Assembly: GCF_964204645.1 (NCBI RefSeq)
Contig: NC_134033.1
Coordinates: 3,930,231-3,994,230 of the forward strand
Direction of reading: 5' to 3'
Length of the DNA stretch: 64,000 nucleotides
Source: Tubulanus polymorphus
Lineage: Eukaryota > Animalia > Nemertea
The position numbers and the translations under genes were made by a program. This document shows, one piece after another, positions 34,760 through 45,177 of this stretch. The notes under the pieces were generated by a model. It saw only the letters and a list, made by a program, of their open reading frames with translations, was not told where the DNA came from and did no database searches. Position 1 is the first letter of the stretch. Every line of letters starts with the position of its first letter.

Positions 34760-35501
34760 GTGAGTTGTTTTCTCTTTGCTGTTGTTCTTCCAGTTTCAGA
34801 AATGAAATATCTGCACATAAATGTTGATGATTATTTCAGAGAAAAGCACTAAACAACAAAATGAATATCGCGATATTTTTCGCCCAATTGGACAAACCAA
34901 CATTTCACGCTTGGACTAATCTAAACCAGAACTGGGCGAATGTTAAAAACAATAAAGGACCGCTTACTCGACATGTGGCACGGAAATTTTTCCGTGTCAA
35001 ATCAGGCAACAAGTTACGGGCTGTGTTCGTCGATATGGCAAGGGGGGCGATGGATTTATCCACTGCCTTGGAAATTTGCGCGTAAGTAAAAGAATGATAT
35101 TCGGTGAATAAAATTGTCACTCGAAATCATTTTATGATTTTCCTTAATGCACGTGCAAAAATTGATGTTTTTCTACTCTCTTAATCCGATATCGATAGGA
35201 ACGAAATATTGGGAAAAAACAATATGTCAGTAGATGAGACGGAGGAGGAAAGTGTTAATGAAAATCAGGTAATTATGACAAAAATAACGTTACCTTAACA
35301 TGCAACACCGAGTGACCGTCCTATTCATATCTTTCATGCGTCAAATTCGATTAATTAAATCTAGTGTTTGTTTGCTCTAGAACATCAATGAAAACCAACA
35401 AAAAGATGATGAAACGACACCACCATCCAATCATCGAGCTTTGACTGAAAAGGTAATTGTCGCATATTCCAACAGTTTTTCCATTTAATACCCACTGTTA
35501 G

Positions 35502-35671
35502 GTCGTTGATTATGATAACGTGATAATATTTCTAATTATATTAAAAGCTAAAAGCTTCGTCTTGGCCACACCAGGTGCGATGTGTGGATCGGAAACACGT
35601 GGACAGTTTGAAATCTGAGATGCTGGCACGCCGTCGTTGATTATGATAACGTGATAATATTTCTAATTATA
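35502..35671 (+). repeat. 90-bp copy of ParB exon 8 (source 19039-19128) flanked by a 39-bp direct duplication
   Basis: 35543-35632 matches 19039-19128 with 3 mismatches. gtcgttgattatgataacgtgataatatttctaattata occurs at 35502-35540 and 35633-35671. Confidence 0.93.
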
Positions 35672-36296
35672 GGTCACGAACACAGAAAGAAATGCTGTAT
35701 TAAATGAAAATCTTGTCAAGATAAAGGTATAGAATTTTTAGAGTCGGAAATGTTATAATTTTAGACTAAAATTATATAATTTAGCATCAGCCTATTAGAG
35801 CCTGTATATCTATTATGTAGTTAAGGAGATTTCATTTCTTTATATTCCAGGAGAAAAACAACGAACTAAGATCGGCGGTCAGTGATCTGAAGGCAAAACT
35901 CAAACAACAGAAGGTACGTTTATCCCGAGTTGATATTCCGTTAAATAGAATATACGATTATGCTGTTAATGTGTGCATTCGTCGTTCAATTGTAGGATGT
36001 GAATTCAGAGACGCTGTTAAAACTCAAGAACAGTGACCATACAATATCAGTATTGGAGGTAGGCATTTAAACCGAATGTGTAGGCTTAGTTATCTGATAT
36101 ATTTGAACTACATGGAACTAAAAACAATCATTTCATTTTTATTCAGAAAGAAAAGGAGTGCCTCGAGGCTAAAATAAACGAACTACAAACCCAGCTGCAG
36201 GTAAATTATTCATCTTTTTGTTATATTCACAGTACCCGGTATAGCATGGTTTATGTGCGAAACAGAATACGCTTTAGTTTAACGCAAAATATCCAG

Positions 36297-36769
36297 GCGG
36301 CGCTACGTACCGGTTTGAGTCGCAGACAGAGCCGATAGAATATGCCCCACTTGTAATACTTTAGTTGACGAATCCCATTTTCTGTTTGACTGTACCTTAC
36401 TTAACAAACAACGCAAAAACTTTTTGAATTTGAACACCTTAAATACCCTTGATATTCTGAAAAACCCAACGGTCAACTTAGCTGAATTCATTAAGACCGG
36501 CTTAGATGTATATAGATCCCTCCAATAGTATATATAGTATTGTAAATAGTTGATGTATATAATAGTATATATAGTATTGTAAATAGTTGATGTATATATA
36601 TATATATATTTCGTTACGTTTTCATTCTCTAAATTTTAATCACTTCAGTGTTGTTTTGTAAATATTTGTATATACATGTGTAATAGTTTTCCTCCATATA
36701 CCATGGAAATGGTTGGAGTGTAAATAAATCGTAATCGTAATCGTAATCGTAATCGTAATCGTAATCGTA
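36297..36769 (+). mobile_element. 5'-truncated non-LTR retrotransposon (LINE) 3' end with (AATCGT)n tail
   Basis: Frame RYVPV*VADRADRICPTCNTLVDESHFLFDC...* matches the C-terminal CCHC motif of LINE ORF2. It is followed by a 3' UTR, AATAAA at 36722-36727 and a hexamer repeat tail. Confidence 0.75.
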
Positions 36770-36770
36770 G

Positions 36771-36802
36771 TCGCTTCTCGGCCTATTGGCTAAGATCAAA
36801 GT
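36771..36802 (+). pseudogene. 5' fragment (~32 nt) of U2 snRNA
   Basis: tcgcttctcggcctattggctaagatcaaagt matches the conserved U2 5' end; similarity stops before the branch-point recognition GTAGTA. Confidence 0.88.
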
Positions 36803-37546
36803 CTCTGTACTGAATATCTTCCAGTGGTTTATTGAACCGCTACAAATTAACCCAATGAAGAATAATACACCGGTACACGCAATTCAGTGTTAATTATGAA
36901 TATTTATTTTTAGAAGCGACCAGCAGTAACCACAGGCGCTACCTATGAAAGGCGACCGAAAAGACAGAAGGTAAGCGATTTCAAATAATGAAATTTCCGT
37001 CGTCAAAGGGTTTCAATCGTGTTGTTGTAGTGTTAGTGAAAACCGATCATTGGCAATGTGTTCTTGGTCTCTTCAATTCAGGTTGGGCAGGACGTAAATA
37101 AGACGTTATCGACAAACTACAGTAAGTAACATTGTTGCTATAAAATATGTCTACTTATCAGTCGATAGAATTAAGATAAGGATATTAAAATCGTTTCTAT
37201 TTTCCCGCTTGTTTTAGCTGTTCCTGGCTTGGATATTAACGTCGTTTGCCCAGACGTTGGTGAAAATCTTCTCGTCAAACCGGGTATGTCATCGTGTTAA
37301 CACTAGAGTGAATACATTGGATACAATACGCTCATTCTACGAAAGCGTCCTGCGCACACATAACAACAAATCCAGCTTTATCCCGATTCGAAGTCACTTT
37401 TAACTGCTAACTTTTGACAAACTAGGGATAAACCTCGTAATGTTTTGTCCGCAGAGCGTTTCGACTGCGGTTTTTTACTCATTTAGAATGAAAACATAAA
37501 CGAATGTGTTCTACACTAAAACCCGTTTATGTATGTTATATTACAG

Positions 37547-37845
37547 GCGAGGGAGCTAAGAATATCCAGGTCGTCGACAGAGACGTAGTTCTCGTTGATT
37601 GGGAAAATTACGGAATTTACGTGGCCGCGGTATCCAAAAAACAATTAATTAGTTGTAGAAGGCCGGTCAGGAAATTATCAGGATCTATCGTACTCGATGA
37701 TGACTCGTTATCAAATTTAGACGTTCACGATCGGCAGGAACTCAAACAAGTCCTTTTCGTGGTTCCCGGCGCCAGTGTCGTTGACGGAAAGAAAATAAAC
37801 GGAGTCAATAGTTCGTGGATAGTGGCTGCCCTCACTTATTACTAG
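37547..37845 (+). CDS. Terminal exon of the ParB-like gene (possible Tudor/SH3-like barrel)
   Basis: ttacag acceptor in phase 1. DRDVVLVDWENYGIYVAAV resembles the Tudor start motif (Gd.Vla.W..g..Y.A.V). Ends in TAG at 37845. Confidence 0.7.
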
Positions 37846-39024
37846 ACTCGATTTTTGATTTTCGATTTCTAAATTAATTTATATTGTCGTATTGTTTTGC
37901 TTATATTACATGTCTCGGTAAACTATATTATGACGGCTTTCTGACTGCTAACTACCACACAACAGCTGTCGGTGTTAGCTCATTTATACGTTTTATTTTT
38001 AGTCCTGAATTTTCCGTCTATCAAACCTTTGCGAAATCATCGAATAGACCGTATCTTATATAACATTACACTGCATGATTAATTTGGTCCCAGTAAGCCA
38101 AATCAACTAAATTGTCGTCGAAACGTATCGGAAAAAGGAAAGCTGCTGTAAGGAGCTAAGATTTCATGATCGGTTTTAATACTACTGTTCTGCCTCTTAT
38201 CGGGAAGTTTTAAAACCACTTTTTGAGACAAATCGTAGATAAAAATTGAAAAGGTGAAATAAGATATTGCTGTTGACGTCATAAGCATTATTCATGTACA
38301 CCCTATGGATATTCTCTTGTTTTAAAGTATACATTCAGATATTAATTCCACTATACTAGCATTGAAACTTCATCGGTAAATCCGTACACCGTATTTTGGA
38401 TATGACATATATATATATATTTTCTGGAATCGTAATATACAAGGTTTACTGTAGTGTGTAAGGAGCACATCAATGTCTCATTCATTTTTGTTGAATTATG
38501 TGCGCTTGATTGAATTGTTTCTATATTTGGATTTGGGTAGTTTACTTACAATGGGCTTGTCCGTAATGTTTTTCTTTAATTTTAATCCCTTATCGATTTT
38601 TGATTGTATATTGCAATTTTGTGTGTTTGTATATTGTCCTTTTCCGATAACGACCCATGATGGTTTCCTTTGTGGCCTAGCTTATGATAGACTTATGATA
38701 GCCCACGATTAGCATTATTGTCGTATAGAAGTTTGTAAAGTACTTTCACCAGAAGATCTGCTGTTTTTGGATATCCAATTCTTAGTTTTAAAAGTATCTA
38801 TTAAGCCTGATTATCTATCATACATGTATTCCATAAACCATGGTGGCTTTTTCAACTGTTTTTTCATCCGCGGCTCAAATGAGCTGAGGACTCAAATCCT
38901 CCTATCAAAATTACTAATCTTGAATGAACGTTTTAAAATGCGTCCTGAAATCTGGTGCAGAAAATACTAAAATGAGTTTCAATACTGGAATCGAATGATT
39001 CATTAAGTGATCGTTTTAGAACGT

Positions 39025-39860
39025 TAGAGTCCTAGGACGCAATTTAGTAAAATGAGTCTCAAGACTCGCATCTAACGATGAATGAGTCCTAGGACGCAAT
39101 TTAGAAAAGCAGATACTAAAATGAGTCTTAAGACTCGGATCTAACGATGAATGAGTCCTAGGACGCAATTTAGTAAATCAGATACTAAAATGAGTCTCAA
39201 TACTCGAATCTAACGACGAATGAGTCCTAGGACGCAATTTAGAAAAGCAGATACTAAAATGAGTCTTAAGACTCGGATCTAACGATGAATGAGTCCTAGG
39301 ACGCAATTTAGCAAAGCAGATACTGAAATGAGTCTTAAGACTCGAATCAATAGATGAATGAGTCCTAGGACGCAATTTAGAAAAGCAGATACTAAAATGA
39401 GTCTCAAGACTCGAATCTAACGATTCAAACCAGTGAACGTTTTAGAATGAGTCCTAGGACGCAATTTAGTAAAATGAGTCTCAAGACTCGCATCTAACGA
39501 TGAATAACGTTTTAGAATGAGTCATAGGACGCAATTTAGAAAAGCAGATACTAAAATGAGTCTTAAGACTCGGATCTAACGACGAATGAGTCCTAGGACG
39601 CAATTTAGAAAAGCAGATACTAAAATGAGTCTTAAGACTCGGATCTAACGATGAATGAGTCCTAGGACGCAATTTAGAAAAGCAGATACTAAAATGAGTC
39701 TCAAGACTCGAATCTAACGATTCAAACCAGTGAACGTTTTAGAATGAGTCCTAGGACGCAATTTAGTAAAATGAGTCTCAAGACTCGACTCTAACGATGA
39801 ATGAGTCCTAGGACGCAATTCAGAAAAGTAGATACAAAAATGAGTCTCAAGACTCGATTC
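39025..39860. repeat. Irregular minisatellite, ~69-bp unit with two palindromes
   Basis: The unit alternates GAGTCCTAGGACGC and GAGTCTTAAGACTC (perfect 14-bp palindrome). Degenerate copies extend from about 38880 to 40030. Confidence 0.9.
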
Positions 39861-40211
39861 TAATTTCTTATCATATCAATATTGCAATTCCTAAAATGCA
39901 TGTTTTAAGACCCGATACAAATAATACCTCGAACTAATTTTTGAAAATGCGTCCTGAGACTCAATGTCTTGTATTAACTACAAAACTGGAATCATGTAAC
40001 CCGATTGATTGAGTCTCAGGACTCAAAGCTCTTGATTTTGTATGTAAGATTCTGTTTTATGTGAACTAATAAATGTCATTTTTACTGTATTGTAGACGCG
40101 AATCAGTTGTTTTTGGGTATGGAGAAGTGTATTCTGTGTTTATATTCATATTGCAGGAATTAGGACTAAAAAGGGAACTAAAAAGAAATTCCCTTTTTAT
40201 TTGGGAAGGCC

Positions 40212-41039
40212 TTATATTTTGTAAACTTGCACAAGTAACTGCGACTTAAACCAAGATCTACTTGAAATGAATTCAATACGTGCTTTATTAGTTTTAGTAT
40301 AAAACGATGAAGGTGGATGTCCGGTTTGTTCTCGTATAAGAGCTATAGGTTCACTGGTGCTGTTCCATCCGTCGTACATTTGAGGACGAGTTTTCATTGG
40401 ATCCTCACCTGGTTTTAATCTGAAATCTATCTGTATAAACGTTAAATTCATTGCAAACCCGTCTGGCATCTCGATCCATTCTAACAACAATTTACATCGC
40501 CGGATAGAAATCATAAATTCATAACCTGTTTGAGTTGGTAATTCTTTTACCGCACGCTGTGAGCATTTATGTACGATTTTCAAGCGACTCTGTTCTTCAA
40601 AACGATATATGATATAAACCCGACTACCTCGCGCTCCATCGACGTTACTCCTAAACAACAACGCAATCAAATCGTTCCTGCGGATATCTAGTTGTTTTCT
40701 TCCGGTAGCGCAGAGTTTGTTGTCGGACTCACCGACGAGAAGGTAGTTTTCGTTACAGAATATCGACGGCTCGATGTCGTAGTAAACTTGAACGAGAAAA
40801 CTTCCCGGTAAAGAGCTGTTGACGAACCAACGACATTCAACACCGCGCACTAACGACGGATAGTTCGGTGAAACGATGTAACCAGACGTAGAATCGACGG
40901 AGTATTGAGTGTTGTTACAAGATGAACTGACTGTAACAGACGCGGCTTCCTCGATAGAGTTTGCGCGATCAGCCCGCATAAATATACAGTCTCCGCAAGC
41001 GATCAGTAAAACTACGAACAACGCTTTCATTCGCTGCAT
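40212..41039 (-). pseudogene. Truncated 5' copy (signal peptide, CUB region) of the GRL101-like receptor gene
   Basis: About 40215-41835 is homologous to about 50580-52215. Homology ends abruptly at about 40214, where the junction creates a TAA. Confidence 0.85.
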
Positions 41040-44000
41040 ATTGAACACAATTCACGCTTCAAAACAAACACATTTCTAACTATTTCCAAGTTCGCTCGAC
41101 ATTTCTCATAATAGTCGTTGCAAAGTAATGACGAGTTGTCAGAATGTCAGAAGTTGACGAATTGATCGAGTCCAATTATTTTGTAAAAAGATCTCCCATC
41201 AAACTGGCGCCAGTCTCGTATTTCTGTAACTTTCACCTGCGCTCGGTTTCGCAGTAATTACTGCGGTTTCTAAATTTAGACGTGTTTCAATATATCGTGT
41301 TTATAATCATGTGCAATTATTTCTCTAATAATATTTACTGTGGCTCCCGAACTGCGTTCAGTTTGTGATAATATTCGACGACATTTTCTGTCTTTACCTC
41401 AAAATATTCTGCATCTCTGTAAAACACTTGGTCAATATCTGTTTCGACAATTCACACTCTACAGTCAATATAATAACTGAGTTGAAGCTAAGTGAAGCGC
41501 GTGGATATCTGATTGTGGTGAGTAAGGTCTTGTTTGGTACAGATTGTTTTGAAGAAACAATAGCAACCAAGTAAGACGGGGATGACAGCGGTAGAGAAAG
41601 AGAGACAGCGGTTCAGAATCTTTAGTTAGGAAACAGTGACAATAACCCCGGCGAGAATCTGACTCGCGCACTCTGATTCGGTCTGTTCTAAATTTGTCCC
41701 GTTCCGGACCCGTTTTGAACGGTCTAACTGGTTCGTAGTGTGAACGCGACGAAAGTCCACCCAATAATAAATGAGGTGAATTAATAATTCCGAAACTTAT
41801 GATCATTATTTAGAAACGTTTGATTCGACTCAATCTATGTACATTACAGTCCGTTTGGCATTTTACTTGACACGGATCAGCAAAATTCATCGTACTGAAT
41901 TGTTTTTATTCCTCCTTCCTCTTTTCGGCACAATTTTTCAACAAAAGAAAATTCTGTTATTCCTTTCCAGGTTTCAATCCAGTTACTTATAAAAGTTATG
42001 TTCATCTTAATTTTCAATCTCATGATTTGCGAAAACTAGTTCTTTTTTCATTTTTCCCATTATTTGAATCAACTTAATCACAATTTCCAATCATTTTTGT
42101 TTTTTTGCGGTCCTTTGATGTTTTTTGTGTTGAATACTCTAATAATAAAAAAAATTAATTTTTTTCCCATTTGTCTCCCTCTGTTTTGGAGCGCCTACAT
42201 GAATGATTGCAAAAAATGATGATCTTATATGTTCGGTCACCGATAGTTGTGGAAATGTTTGTGTGTCTTAATAATGATTATTGAGAATAAGTTGGCGCCA
42301 GCGGTAGATTCAACTTTTAAGTATCCGATATAATTTGTTCCTCTGGTACGAAATTATCGTCTTTTGATAATAGGTTTAACTCAGATATATTAAAGAACTT
42401 TTTGATATTGTATTATTTCAACACTGGTGTATAATCAATCGGTCTGTGAAAAAGAACATATATTTCAATATTCCCCAATCAACTGTGTTTATGCATTACG
42501 ATGTTATATTTCTGGTGGGAGGTGCTTCGTCTCTCGTGGTAGAAACAGTTATATTGATAAATCTAACTAACAGCGTCCTCGCGAGAGACATGAATTCTTA
42601 ATCCGTATCATTTTCATCGAGTGACTTAAATCATTGTTAAACTCAATTCTTCTTTCGGAACTAAATGACAATATTTCATAGATTTTTCAAATGTTTGAAG
42701 GTTGAATCGTAGATTACTATTTAGAAATATAACTCCTCCGAATTAGGGGAATTTTGTATCCATGAAACTTTAAATCCTAGTTTCAAACGGATGATTCCCT
42801 CTCGCTCCAATCAGACCTGCTTATATTTACGCAAGCGTCTTGGGGATATAGATGTTAAAGAATTGGATATAAAGTGTAAGCTTAATCCTTCTCAGTTAGA
42901 AATAATTTTAAAGGTTTTTACGAGTTAGTAATTTGGAAAACACGACTCCGGTAAAATTACTACCAATTCCAGAAAGTTGTGAGTTAGATATAACAAAAAC
43001 CAAAATTTACGGTAGTTATGATAATCGGGGCTGACTATCCATAGAATTGTCACCACAATACACTTATAAACTAGTTCATTCGTCCACGATTGAATGCAGT
43101 TTCGACGATTCAATTCATACGACAAACTATTTTCGCATTTCATCATTTCTCTGGTGCAGTGTCTGAAAACAGCGTCAGGCATCGTGTCGACGTAACCTTA
43201 GATAGATTTTCGTGTAGTTTGCATTTTTCATTAACTTGAAAAACTTTAGTTTAGTTTAGTTTAGTTTATAGCAACTTTTACAATGTTGTGGTTTTCAGTG
43301 GATCATAAAATACCAATTTGATTAAGGCCCTGTCTAATATAGAGGAGCAGTTCCTTGTTAAATGAGGAATATATGAACAGCGTTAATTAGTAAATTGTCC
43401 TAGTATACGTCCCATGGTTGGCCTGTTTTTGTTACAAGAACTTATAATTCTTTGAGCACTCACCTGGCATTTTGTATTAATTGTTTTAGAGGTACTCTGG
43501 AGAATAAAATCTGATTGATACAATTTACACGAATGTAAAACAGTTAAAATGAAATCAAAGATCGATTTGTTAATCTTAAGCTTTTTAGAGTGAATTCGTT
43601 ACTTTCAATCGTTTCATGAAGTTTTTAGCAGCAATCAAAGGTTCTGCTTTGTTTATTTCATCGTTGTTTCTTCGAATAAATAATATTGACTTTTATCACT
43701 TGTGTTGTGGTGACTCTTTCTCATATTCGAGAAGTTTGAATTGGTCAGTGTGGACAATTTATGAATTTACACGCGCCAATCCGCTGGACTTGGAATAATC
43801 CTACATGATTGCAAAAATTAGGATTCGAGCATGCAAGCGCTGGACCCTAACCCTTTGGTCCCTCTAGACCCATTACTGTTAACTGTAAACCCTGCGATTA
43901 AAAAAGCCGCCATTTGGTTCAGAGAAACGACACTATTCCTCGGTGGCAGCACCGTACGGTCTAATTCAATGCAAATGTACTATATTGATAAAGGAGAATG

Positions 44001-45177
44001 GAAGCAAGCGGGTTCGTAATGGGAGATACTTTTCCGAGTTTTTGAGCTGGTAAGTGATTTAGATATTCATTCATTACAATTAAAATTATAATAAATTTCG
44101 CTAGATGTTATTAAACGTCGAAGTTCCTAATTTACATAAATTTCATAGAATCTACTGAAAACGCTTTTAAAGATTTTTCATCGAATTAACATGGATGATA
44201 ATTCGGGTTATAGACAATGAAAATTCGATTTATGAAAGTATTGCAAACTAGTGTTTCATCTAATTCATGTAATTTTCAAAAGGATTTGAGGCGTTGCATA
44301 AATATATCATTTCAACGCGATCTACTTCGTACATTAGTGAAATATATTCGCTAAGATATTGAAGTTAAGATGTACAGGGTCAGTCTGGTATTATATCTAG
44401 CCAATGGTGGTCGTCGTGTCCATTGAACCATGACGTAATCTGTTTATATCGTGTCCTGTTATTATTGTCCTCGGTCTTTGAAATCACGAAATTGAATTGA
44501 ATTGTAAAACGTTCGATTCGAAGTGAATCAGTTCGAGGATCAATCCTACTAAACATTGGTCAAATCCAGCTTACAAATAGTTAGGTGTAGCCCATGCGAG
44601 CACTTTGACCACAATCTAAAGCTTAGCGGATACTGACGTATTCAGCATTTCTACATGAAATTGAACGTCCTTGAGATCACTCGCTGGTCTAACACGCTTT
44701 GAATCGTCCAGTAGAATTTAAAGTATTTGTTTTTTTTTTAATGTTGGCCTTTCGCAATTGCTCTGATTGCTACCGTGCCGATTAAACCAACCCAAATCGA
44801 CCGGAAGACTCAAACTCTTCCGGAATAAACTAAGGAGCTCCACGAGTCACATGAATCATGGCGAGTAGACATTTTGTGGAGTCAAAATGTCTTATCACCA
44901 TGATATAATCTCAGTAAACTGCAGAGCTGTAGGATAGTCAATCCAAACTTATGTTTCAAAAATGAGCGCAAATTATCGCAACAATGGGGATCTCGAGGGA
45001 CCGCCACAAAATGGCGCCTAGAAACTGGAAAATTATCTATTGTGAATCATTGTATTCGTTCATCTAATGCGGTCACGTAGGTCCAAACGATGTCGAACCC
45101 AAGTTTTAGGATTTCAAAGTTCAAAACCGATTTATAGATAGGCAAACATTATAAGGGGACTCGTGTCAAACTGTAGT

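Larger units (their letters stand above)
14258..37845 (+). pseudogene. 20-coding-exon gene for a ~714-aa ParB/Srx-like domain protein (ParB-like core, acidic linker, coiled coil, bipartite NLS, possible Tudor-like C-terminus); this allele is disrupted by the LTR element
   Basis: Hand-spliced GT-AG exons with consistent phases and no stops: 14258-14392, 14467-14605, 16905-16982, 17667-17723, 18246-18299, 18550-18612, 18708-18743, 19018-19257, 19433-19468+34533-34759, 34840-35081, 35199-35268, 35381-35452, 35673-35726, 35851-35913, 35996-36058, 36147-36200, 36914-36970, 37082-37121, 37218-37283, 37547-37845. Total 2145 nt = 715 codons including TAG. A probable 5' UTR exon ends at 13365 (gtaag donor). 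Confidence 0.85.

Noticed and set aside
39178-39672. Repetitive ORFs RPRTHSSLD...
   Set aside because: By-products of the 69-bp minisatellite, interrupted by irregular deletions.
41900-43000. Possible decayed LINE endonuclease/RT remnant on the minus strand
   Set aside because: The composition is suggestive, but I could not recover a diagnostic motif by eye.
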